DNA of 64,000 nucleotides from Candidatus Nomurabacteria bacterium. Its GTDB lineage: Bacteria; Patescibacteriota; Minisyncoccia; Phycocordibacterales; UBA9973. Both the position numbers and the translations under genes were made by a program. Below, one piece after another: positions 56,291 through 64,000 of the stretch. The notes below the pieces were generated by a model. The model saw only the letters and a program-made list of their open reading frames with translations, ran no database searches and had not been told where the DNA came from. How positions within the stretch are numbered: position 1 is the first letter of the stretch; each line of letters starts with the position of its first letter. Where the stretch lies: positions 18,227 through 82,226 of the forward strand of contig CALQYS010000002.1 of the NCBI GenBank assembly GCA_943348755.1, read 5' to 3'.

Positions 56291-57172
56291 ATGCTTGAGC
56301 AGTCGAAGAAATATGCCAAAGGCTATGGTTTAATTATTTTCATTTTTCTTCTTTTGCTTTTTACCAGCTGTCTTTTTTATTTAGATTTCCAAAATTCTCA
56401 TCGGGGTCTCACATTTGCCATGCTGGACATCGGGCAAGGGGATGCGCTTTTCATCGAATCGCCGACGGGGGCGCAAATATTGGTAGACGGCGGGCCTCCG
56501 AGGAAAATATTGAGCCAGCTTGCACGAGTGATGTCTCCATTTGATCGGCACATAGATGCGATTATGGTTACAAACCCCGATCAAGACCACATCGGCGGGT
56601 TTTTGGATGTTCTGAAAGTTTACAAAGTGGACAGGGTGTTTGAACCGGGCACTTTTAATGATTCTAAGACGTACCAAAATCTTAAAGCAGAAATAAAAAA
56701 CAAAAATATTCCAAACATTTTGGCAAAAAGAGGAATGAGGCTCGACATGGGTGGCGGGGTGGTGATTGAGGTTTTATTTCCCGACAGGGATGTCTCGACC
56801 TGGAGTTCGAATGACGGTTCAATCGTCGCGAGACTTTCTTATGGCCAGACATCCGTTATGCTCACGGGTGATGCTACGACTTTAACAGAGAAAACAATTC
56901 TAGCGGAAAATTCTAGCAGTTCTCTAAAGAGCACTGTTTTGAAAGTGGGGCATCATGGGTCTAGGACTTCCACCAGCGCGCCATTTGTAGAAGCCGTTGC
57001 ACCTACGTATGCGCTCATTTCAGATGATAAAGATAATAAATATGGTCATCCGCATCCAGATACATTAGCCACTCTCGCCCAATTTGGCGCCAAGATTTTT
57101 CGAACGGACTTATTGGGTACAATAATCATGAAGTCTGATGGCAAAAATGAGACGTTTTCATTTCGAAAGTAA
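56291..57172 (+). CDS. Membrane-anchored metallo-beta-lactamase-fold protein (ComEC C-terminal nuclease-like domain encoded separately)
   Basis: N-terminal TM helix then LDIGQGDALFIESPTGAQILVDGG...HIGG...VGHHGSRTS. This is the MBL fold as found at ComEC C-termini. Confidence 0.7.
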   Translation: MLEQSKKYAKGYGLIIFIFLLLLFTSCLFYLDFQNSHRGLTFAMLDIGQGDALFIESPTGAQILVDGGPPRKILSQLARVMSPFDRHIDAIMVTNPDQDHIGGFLDVLKVYKVDRVFEPGTFNDSKTYQNLKAEIKNKNIPNILAKRGMRLDMGGGVVIEVLFPDRDVSTWSSNDGSIVARLSYGQTSVMLTGDATTLTEKTILAENSSSSLKSTVLKVGHHGSRTSTSAPFVEAVAPTYALISDDKDNKYGHPHPDTLATLAQFGAKIFRTDLLGTIIMKSDGKNETFSFRK

Positions 57173-57219
57173 TTTAGTTTAACAATAGAAAATTATTTGT
57201 TATATGTTAGTATGTAGAT

Positions 57220-58104
57220 ATGAAATTTTCCCATGACAGATTGAAAGATGTTGGTCCCCAAAAAGAATCTAAATCCACAAGGTTTAAAATTGAGTCTGAA
57301 TTGCGCAGTTTTCATATTCCTAGAATCCCAGAAATTGTTGAATCACTTGTTATTCTAGAGGAGAATTCTCGCTTTAATGATGACTCTAGAATGATTCTCG
57401 AAGGAGTTAAAAATGTTATAAAACTAATCAGTTCATTTAAGCTTAAACCAATAGAGAGGAAAAGATTGTTTCTGGCTAGCTATCTGCATGACATCGGCAA
57501 AGCTTCCGCGTCAGAAAGTAAAGAATGTCGTTTAACAGTAGCTAAGTTATTCTCGATATCCAATATAGACCCTAACCAAAAAATCATAAAATCTCTGCAA
57601 GACAATTTCCCTGGCGAAGAAGAGGCTATGTCTTCTCATTTGGCGGAAGTTGGCATGGATGTTAAAGAGGCTACTATGAGAGAGTTTTGGGATCAGCATG
57701 CCTTTTGGACCAAGCAAGCCTTGGAAAGACATCACGATGCTTTAGATAAACCTACAAGAATAATCGCTGCGAGTCATCACTTGGATCGTACAGATAAACA
57801 AATCAATCCATATGGCATTGATCTAAATAATGTAGCCCAAGTTTCAAACGAATTAAAATATTCCATTTTTGTCTTAATGGCAGTTGATAAATACCAAGCT
57901 TTTATGGTGAGGGGAGATATGAATCATGATCAAGCGATGGTTTCATTAAAAAATGTTTTGGGAAGATATGATGGTGATGTTATGATGGGTGATATTATCG
58001 CGACAATCGGTCAGCTGGGCAGTACTAATGCTTTATTTCCCGAAAATATGGCTTTGCGCAAAAATTTATCAAAAGAAAAGGTAAAAAGTGGTATTATTAA
58101 ATGA
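57220..58104 (+). CDS. HD-domain phosphohydrolase-like protein
   Basis: LASYLHDIGK HD motif plus downstream His/Asp residues. Confidence 0.5.
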   Translation: MKFSHDRLKDVGPQKESKSTRFKIESELRSFHIPRIPEIVESLVILEENSRFNDDSRMILEGVKNVIKLISSFKLKPIERKRLFLASYLHDIGKASASESKECRLTVAKLFSISNIDPNQKIIKSLQDNFPGEEEAMSSHLAEVGMDVKEATMREFWDQHAFWTKQALERHHDALDKPTRIIAASHHLDRTDKQINPYGIDLNNVAQVSNELKYSIFVLMAVDKYQAFMVRGDMNHDQAMVSLKNVLGRYDGDVMMGDIIATIGQLGSTNALFPENMALRKNLSKEKVKSGIIK

Positions 58105-59366
58105 TAATTTTTTTAAAACACATGCGCGACAAACAGATAGAAAAGTTAATAAAACTCGAAGAGAAAAGACAAAGAGAGGGCTTGGAATTAATCCCGTCTG
58201 AGAACTATGTGTCTGAAGATGTTCTCACAGCGAATGGGTCTGTTTTTACCAATAAATATTCTGAAGGCTATCCTGGCCGTCGTTACTATGGAGGGCAAGA
58301 TTTCACTGATGCTTTAGAGCGTCTGGCTATAGAGCGTATATGCAAGTTGTTCAAATGTAAATTTGCCAATGTTCAACCACATTCTGGCGCTCCGGCTAAC
58401 CTAGCTGTCTATGCCGCCCTACTTGAGCCGGGGGATACAGTACTTGGCATGGATCTTTCACATGGGGGTCATTTAACACATGGACACCCGATGACTTTAC
58501 CTGCGAAGATTTACAATTTCGTTAGGTACAAAATGAAAAATCCTGATACGGGTGAAATAGATTATGAAGAACTCCGTCGCGTCGCGATCGAAAAAAAGCC
58601 GAAAATAATTCTTGCTGGGTTTTCAGCCTACTCGCGAACCCTTGATTATAAAAAATTTGTGGAAATTGCAAAGGAAGTAGGGGCCATCACTGTGGCGGAT
58701 ATGGCTCACATCGCTGGGCTTATCGCAGCTGGGGTACTTCGTAATCCTTTTGACGATGGCTTCGATATCATTACTTCTACTACTCATAAAACTTTACGTG
58801 GCCCGCGCGGTGGAATAATTCTTACTCGTGAGAACGAAGAAATCGCTAAGAAAATAGATAAATCAATTTTCCCTGGGATCCAAGGTGGACCACACATGCA
58901 TACGATTGCCGCGAAAGCTGTTGCTTTTGGAGAGGCCCTGACACCAAAATATAAAAAATATGCTGCACAGGTCTTAAAAAATGCTAAAGCTATGGCAGAA
59001 GTTTTCCGTGAGAATAATATTAGGATGATCGGTGGAGGGACGGATAATCATCTAATTTTGGCTGATGTTTTTGGTTCTTTAGGAATTACAGGCAAAGAAG
59101 CACAAACCGTCTTTGATGAAGTCGGTATAACGCTTAACATGAATATGATCGCTGGCGATACCAGAAAACCTCTTGATCCATCAGGCATTAGATTTGGCAC
59201 ACCAGCTATTACCACTCGTGGATTTAAAGAAAAAGAATGCAAAAAAGTCGCAGAATTAATGATAAAAGTTTTGAAAAATAAAGACGATAAAAAGGTGAAA
59301 GACGCAGTACATAAAGAAATCAAATCTCTCGCTAAAAAGTTTCCGATACCGAAGAGGTTTGTGTAA
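58101..59366 (+). CDS. glyA: Serine hydroxymethyltransferase
   Basis: LIPSENYVSEDVLTANGSVFTNKYSEGYPGRRYYGG; PLP-lysine region TSTTHKTLRGPRGG. Confidence 0.9.
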   Translation: MIIFLKHMRDKQIEKLIKLEEKRQREGLELIPSENYVSEDVLTANGSVFTNKYSEGYPGRRYYGGQDFTDALERLAIERICKLFKCKFANVQPHSGAPANLAVYAALLEPGDTVLGMDLSHGGHLTHGHPMTLPAKIYNFVRYKMKNPDTGEIDYEELRRVAIEKKPKIILAGFSAYSRTLDYKKFVEIAKEVGAITVADMAHIAGLIAAGVLRNPFDDGFDIITSTTHKTLRGPRGGIILTRENEEIAKKIDKSIFPGIQGGPHMHTIAAKAVAFGEALTPKYKKYAAQVLKNAKAMAEVFRENNIRMIGGGTDNHLILADVFGSLGITGKEAQTVFDEVGITLNMNMIAGDTRKPLDPSGIRFGTPAITTRGFKEKECKKVAELMIKVLKNKDDKKVKDAVHKEIKSLAKKFPIPKRFV

Positions 59367-59371
59367 ATTTT

Positions 59372-59776
59372 ATGGAATTACAAGTCGGGGTAAAAATAAT
59401 TTTACAGAATAAGGAAGGAAAGTTTTTGCTCTTGCAGAGAAACTTGGAAAAGTACCCAGAAGTAAAGAAAAATGATTCTCTGGATATTGTCGGCGGACGG
59501 ATAAATATCGGCACTCCCTTGTTGGATAATTTAAAGAGGGAAATTGTCGAAGAAACTAAATTAAATCTTGTTGAAGAGCCAAAATTGATTGCCGCCCAAG
59601 ACATTTTGCGACCAAACAAACACGTGGTGCGTCTGACATATCTAGGCCAAATAGAGGGTGATCCTCAATTAGACGAAGAACATAGCTCATATAAGTGGAT
59701 GACCAAGGAAGAAGTTAAAAACGAAGCTGGCCTCGATCAGTATTCTAAAGAAGTTTTCAATAAATTTGTTTTGTAG
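59372..59776 (+). CDS. Nudix hydrolase
   Basis: Canonical Nudix box GGRINIGTPLLDNLKREIVEETKL. Confidence 0.7.
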   Translation: MELQVGVKIILQNKEGKFLLLQRNLEKYPEVKKNDSLDIVGGRINIGTPLLDNLKREIVEETKLNLVEEPKLIAAQDILRPNKHVVRLTYLGQIEGDPQLDEEHSSYKWMTKEEVKNEAGLDQYSKEVFNKFVL

Positions 59777-59816
59777 TTAATCCAGCTACTTTAGTTAAGT
59801 AAAGTGGAATATTAAT

Positions 59817-60374
59817 ATGAAAACTATAATATGTATTATCGGTACAATTGGCTCAGGAAAAGATACAGCTGCCGAATATATTTCCAAAAAACTTTCCATA
59901 CCTACTATCGCTATCAGTCAACAGTTGAAGGATTTTGCCATTGAGCGAGGATTAGAACCGACTCGAGACAATTTAATTAAAATGAATAATGTTTTTTCCA
60001 AGGAAAAGGGGCCACTTTTCGTAACGAAAACCTTATTAGGAAAAATACCAGAAGATTTTATAATCATAACTGGTATCAGGATGCTGGAAATCATTGAGTA
60101 TATGCGTAAAGAACACAAATTGGTTCTTCTGGCTGTGACGGCAGAACCAAAAATAAGATTTGAGAGGTGTATAGCTCGTGGCAAATTAGGAGAAGCTAAA
60201 ACATTTGAAGAATTTATAGAAAATGAGCAGAGAGAAAATTCTGCTCCGAATGTCCAGAGATTGTTTGAATGTATGAAGCTAGCTGATTACACTATCTCAA
60301 ACGAGAGCGATGTAGGGGATTTCTTCAAACAAGTTGATGAATTTTTAAAATTAAAAGGATTAGGAAAAAAATAA
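59817..60374 (+). CDS. P-loop deoxynucleoside-monophosphate kinase-like protein
   Basis: IGTIGSGKDTAAEYI P-loop resembling phage-type dNMP kinases. Confidence 0.5.
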   Translation: MKTIICIIGTIGSGKDTAAEYISKKLSIPTIAISQQLKDFAIERGLEPTRDNLIKMNNVFSKEKGPLFVTKTLLGKIPEDFIIITGIRMLEIIEYMRKEHKLVLLAVTAEPKIRFERCIARGKLGEAKTFEEFIENEQRENSAPNVQRLFECMKLADYTISNESDVGDFFKQVDEFLKLKGLGKK

Positions 60375-60395
60375 GTGTTGAGGTATATTTTCTAA

Positions 60396-61085
60396 ATGGC
60401 AAAGAAGGGCAAGCTCATAGTGATAGATGGTACCGATGGGTCCGGCAAGGCGACCCAGATAGGTCTTTTGATAAAGCACTTAAAGAAAGACGGCCGCAAA
60501 GTTAAAGTGGTTGATTTTCCTGAGTACTATTCAAATTTCTTCGGTAAATTTATTGGGCATTGTCTCTCTGAGCAATATTATAATTTCGTCAAGACTCATC
60601 CCAAGATCGCTTCGGTGCTTTATGCGGCAGACCGCTTTGAGTCAGGAGATAAAATAAAAAAATGGCTAAAGGAGGGGAATATCGTCGTCGCAAATAGATA
60701 CGCGAGCGCGAATCAGATTCACCAGGGCGGGAAAATCACGAATACAAAGAAAAGAGAAAGTTTTCTCGCATGGCTGGCAGAGATGGAGTATGGAGTTTTT
60801 AAAATTCCGAAGCCGGATGCAGTTTTTTATTTGAGTGTCCCGATTCCGATAGTTATGAAATTAATTGCGGAGCGGAACAAGCAAAACAGCCGCGCGTATC
60901 TAGGTAAGAAAAAAGATGTGCACGAGAAAGACATTAACTTTTTAGAGAATTCCCGAAAGAGCGCCTTGTGGCTGTCGAAGACACAAAAGGGCTGGGTAAA
61001 GATAGAGTGCGTGAAAGATGGCAAACTGGAGGCCCGAGAAAATATTCATGAAAAAATTTATGAAAAGCTTAAGAAAATTATCTAA
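60396..61085 (+). CDS. tmk: Thymidylate kinase-like protein
   Basis: IVIDGTDGSGKATQ P-loop (IxxEGxDGxGK[S/T]T pattern); DRF in place of the DRY motif. Confidence 0.6.
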   Translation: MAKKGKLIVIDGTDGSGKATQIGLLIKHLKKDGRKVKVVDFPEYYSNFFGKFIGHCLSEQYYNFVKTHPKIASVLYAADRFESGDKIKKWLKEGNIVVANRYASANQIHQGGKITNTKKRESFLAWLAEMEYGVFKIPKPDAVFYLSVPIPIVMKLIAERNKQNSRAYLGKKKDVHEKDINFLENSRKSALWLSKTQKGWVKIECVKDGKLEARENIHEKIYEKLKKII

Positions 61086-61086
61086 T

Positions 61087-61509
61087 ATGATCGTCAAAGT
61101 AAAAAGACTTAAAGAGAATGCCAAATTGCCGACTTATCATCATCCCGGGGATGTGGGGATGGATTTGTATTCAATGGAGACGGTAACGGTAAAGCCGGGG
61201 GAGCATTATCGCTTCTGGCATGGTTTTGCGCTCGAGTTTCCGGAGGGCTACGGGGCGATCATAATGGATAAAGGCAGTATTTCCAAGGCTGGATTTGCTC
61301 ATATGGGGGGAGTTTATGATGCTGGATACCGAGGCGAGTACAATACACTTTTAGTAAATTTGTCAGACAAGAGTTATACTTTTGAAGAAGGCGACAAGGT
61401 TTCTCAACTTTTGATCATGCCAGTAGCAATAGCGAAGCTAAAGGAGGTAGAAGAGCTGAGTGATTCTGCTCGTGGGGAGGGAAGGTTTGGAAGCACAGGC
61501 AAAAAGTAG
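61087..61509 (+). CDS. dut: dUTP diphosphatase
   Basis: dUTPase motifs HPGDVGMDLY, GVYDAGYRGE, RGEGRFGSTG. Start at internal ATG (MIVKVKRL). Confidence 0.8.
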   Translation: MIVKVKRLKENAKLPTYHHPGDVGMDLYSMETVTVKPGEHYRFWHGFALEFPEGYGAIIMDKGSISKAGFAHMGGVYDAGYRGEYNTLLVNLSDKSYTFEEGDKVSQLLIMPVAIAKLKEVEELSDSARGEGRFGSTGKK

Positions 61510-61523
61510 AAAAACACTTTTGT

Positions 61524-61591
61524 AAAAATTTCTTGAAACTGCGCCCTCGGAGTCATAAGGACAGGGGACCCACACGTTTCTTTAAATTTTT
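61524..61591. repeat. Diverged member of the hairpin repeat family in the dut-argS spacer
   Basis: aaaaatttcttgaaacTGCGccctcggaGTCATAAGGAcaggggacccacacgtttctttaaattttt. Imperfect 16-bp inverted repeat arms. Core shares TGCG and GTCATAAGGA with copies 1-4, and ctgcgccct/caggggaccc with the pilB-pilC element. Confidence 0.5.
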
Positions 61592-61613
61592 ACCAAAATG
61601 TTTACAAAATTAC

Positions 61614-63338
61614 ATGCAAGAAAAACTAAAAAATTTAATTAAGGATGCTTTAAAAAATCTAGAGATAGAAGTGAGCGATATCGCGCTGGAACACCCGGCT
61701 GATTTAAAGATGGGGGACTATTCGACCAATGTGGCGATGGCTATAGCAAAAAGTGTGAAGATTAGCCCAAAGGCCTTAGCGCAAAAAATAGTCACCGAAA
61801 TATCTAGATTAAATTTAGATAAAAATATTGAGAAAGTAGAAGTCGCAGGTCCGGGGTTCATCAATTTTTACCTTTCTCGTAAATTTTTTGCACGAAGTGT
61901 TGAAGAAATTTTAAATCAAGGAGAAGGTGTCGGTAAAAACGATGCTTTGGGTAGTAAAAAAATAATGGTTGAATATACCGACCCGAATCCTTTCAAGCCG
62001 TTTCATATTGGTCACTTGATGACGAATGCTATAGGAGAATCAGTCTCTCGAATTCTAGAACATTCTGGAGCAGAAGTTTCTCGGGCGAACTATCAGGGTG
62101 ATGTGGGGCTGCATGTAGCCAAAGCTATCTTCGGTATGCACAAAAAGGGTATGCCAAAAGATATATCTGCCCCTGTATCTGTTTTGGCTCAGTATATAGG
62201 TGAATCTTATGCGTTAGGTAGTGAAGAATACGAAAAAGACCTCGAGGCAAAAAACGAAATTGATATTTTAAATAAAAAAATTTATGACAAGAGCGATCCA
62301 CAGGTAAACGAGGTCTATGATTGGGGTTTTAAGATCACGATGGATGCATTTGAAGATTTGTATAAAATTCTTGGTACAAAATTTGATTTCTATTTCTTGG
62401 AAAGCCAGATGGCGCCGATTGGAGCAAATATTGTTAAGACGAATGTTGGTAAAGTTTTTGAAGAATCTGAAAAAGCGATTGTGTTTAAGGCTGAAAAATA
62501 TGATCCCAAATTACACACGAGAGTTTTCATAACTTCTGGCGGTTTACCGACTTATGAGACCAAAGAGCTCGGGCTGACTGAAGAAAAGTTTAGGACAGAG
62601 CCAAATTTGGACCTGTCTATCATCGTCACGGCCAATGAGCAGATGGATTATATGAAAGTGGTGGCAAAAGCTGTTTCTTTGCTTCATCCGGAGCACGAGA
62701 AAAAGATGAAACACATCACACATGGCATGATGCGCTTCGGCAAAGGTTCTTTGGGCAAGATGAGCTCCAGAAAGGGCAATGTGGTCACTGGGGAGTCACT
62801 CATTCGAGATACAATTACTCTGATATATGAAAAAATGAAGGACAGAGACTGGGCTAAAGTTGAAAAAGAAAAAGTGGCCGAGATGGTAGGTGTGGCAGCG
62901 ATAAAGTATTCAATCCTTCGTTCATCGTCAGGAAGCGATATTGTATTCAACGCAGAAGAGTCAATCTCGACCGAAGGGGACTCTGGTCCATATTTACAAT
63001 ACTCATACGCGCGAGCTCATTCGGTTTTAGAAAAAGCAAAAGTAGAAAACATTTTGCCAGACCCGCACGCTTTTCCTGTAGAAATTTCCGAAGTCGAAAA
63101 ATTATTGTACCGATTCCCTGAAATCGTGCTTCGTTCCAGCCAAGAATATGAACCGCACTATGTCGCGAACTACCTGATCGAAGTCGCCCGTGCATTTAAT
63201 AGCTTTTATGGCAATAACTTGATTGTCAGCAAAGAAGACAAAGCTTCATCGTACAAAATCGCTCTGACTTACGCCTTTTCATTCGTGATGAAAACCGGTT
63301 TGCACCTCCTTGGCATCAAAGTGCCGAGCAAGATGTAG
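61614..63338 (+). CDS. argS: Arginine--tRNA ligase
   Basis: Class I HIGH (PFHIGHLM), KMSKS variant (MSSRKG), C-terminal DALR anticodon-binding domain. Start at ATG 61614; the ORF-track N-terminal extension covers the repeat element. Confidence 0.85.
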   Translation: MQEKLKNLIKDALKNLEIEVSDIALEHPADLKMGDYSTNVAMAIAKSVKISPKALAQKIVTEISRLNLDKNIEKVEVAGPGFINFYLSRKFFARSVEEILNQGEGVGKNDALGSKKIMVEYTDPNPFKPFHIGHLMTNAIGESVSRILEHSGAEVSRANYQGDVGLHVAKAIFGMHKKGMPKDISAPVSVLAQYIGESYALGSEEYEKDLEAKNEIDILNKKIYDKSDPQVNEVYDWGFKITMDAFEDLYKILGTKFDFYFLESQMAPIGANIVKTNVGKVFEESEKAIVFKAEKYDPKLHTRVFITSGGLPTYETKELGLTEEKFRTEPNLDLSIIVTANEQMDYMKVVAKAVSLLHPEHEKKMKHITHGMMRFGKGSLGKMSSRKGNVVTGESLIRDTITLIYEKMKDRDWAKVEKEKVAEMVGVAAIKYSILRSSSGSDIVFNAEESISTEGDSGPYLQYSYARAHSVLEKAKVENILPDPHAFPVEISEVEKLLYRFPEIVLRSSQEYEPHYVANYLIEVARAFNSFYGNNLIVSKEDKASSYKIALTYAFSFVMKTGLHLLGIKVPSKM

Positions 63339-63391
63339 AGTGTTTTGGCATTAAAAGTTCGAATCCCACTTAGACCTTCAGAATAAGCGAT

Positions 63392-64000
63392 ATGGAAAGT
63401 CCAGAGAAAAAAGAAATTCGTAAATACTTAATTAGATTCAGCAATCGTATAATGAGAGGTCATTCTGCCTATCTGCTTTGGAAATCTATTAAAATTGCTA
63501 CTAACATAACGGATGTTGGGAATCAAAGAGCGGAAGAAAATGCAACAACTATGAATCTCTATGAAGAAATATTTCCAGCAATAATTTTTTCTTTAGAAAC
63601 AACTTTCATCATTGAACTACATAAATTTTTTGACACCAGTAAAGAAGCTCTAAAATTAATCGAGGTAAATACATCAAGTGCAGGGATTGCTAAGTCTGTG
63701 ATAAGTAAAGAGGATAAAAAAAATATAGAAAATTTAGTTTTAGAAAACAAACAGACCATTGATCATATTAAAGAATTACGTCACCAATTATTTGCACATG
63801 ACAAAATTAAAAAGGAAGGAAAATTTCTCATACCTCCGACTAATAATTTGGATAAGCTATTTGATGTTGTAAAAGAAATTCATAATATAATTTCAAAAAG
63901 TACTACAGGGGATTTTTATGTTTGGGCAGACAAAAACGGAAATTCAATGAAATCGTATTTTAACGAATTGATTATTAATTTACAAAAAGGAAGAGAGCAG
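63392..64000 (+). CDS. Partial CDS (no stop in window): HEPN-like protein, possibly AbiU2-type abortive-infection protein
   Basis: Open frame translated by hand from ATG 63392 to the window end (203 codons, no stops): MESPEKKEIRKYLIRFSNRIMRGHSAYLLWKS...IKELRHQLFAHDKIKKEG. It is alpha-helical and contains an Rx5H motif (RHQLFAH) of the HEPN Rx4-6H type. Absent from the ORF track. Confidence 0.35.
   Translation, partial: MESPEKKEIRKYLIRFSNRIMRGHSAYLLWKSIKIATNITDVGNQRAEENATTMNLYEEIFPAIIFSLETTFIIELHKFFDTSKEALKLIEVNTSSAGIAKSVISKEDKKNIENLVLENKQTIDHIKELRHQLFAHDKIKKEGKFLIPPTNNLDKLFDVVKEIHNIISKSTTGDFYVWADKNGNSMKSYFNELIINLQKGREQ

Overview
AT-rich, gene-dense chromosomal segment of a small-genome bacterium using the standard genetic code. 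The gene content is reminiscent of Patescibacteria/CPR (Parcubacteria-like), but this is an inference from gene content, not a classification. The suggestive genes are a type IV pilus plus competence set (pilB, pilC, pilins, comEC, comM, recJ), a membrane H+-pyrophosphatase, a trigger factor lacking its PPIase domain, and an LVIVD-repeat protein. About 70 CDS are supported. Housekeeping genes: the liv ABC transporter operon, xth, a Xer-like tyrosine recombinase, rpsO and pnp, metK, lexA, hup, rny, clpP, a pyrC-carA-carB-pyrB operon, tig, hppA, nusA, tpiA-pgk, recJ, rnhA, sodA, glyA, a tmk/dut nucleotide cluster and argS. No rRNA, tRNA or CRISPR array was found. Features beyond the ORF track: (i) a family of at least six intergenic hairpin-bounded repeat elements with compensatory stem substitutions and partly mosaic cores; (ii) a Gram-positive-type LexA (Cheo) box embedded in a consensus sigma70 promoter upstream of a small-ORF/lexA unit; (iii) an rpsO-NYN nuclease-Nudix-pnp RNA-decay-like module; (iv) a roughly 1 kb high-GC island encoding a secreted protein next to a 13x tandem-repeat Thr/Asn/Gly surface protein; (v) a 13 kb plus-strand surface locus (paralogous secreted proteins, a 1223-aa Cys-rich giant protein with a thrombospondin type-1 repeat, pilB/pilC, three minor pilins and a 776-aa LVIVD beta-propeller protein); (vi) a split comEC with an antisense sodA between the halves; (vii) a partial HEPN (AbiU2-like) ORF at the 3' edge that is missing from the ORF track.
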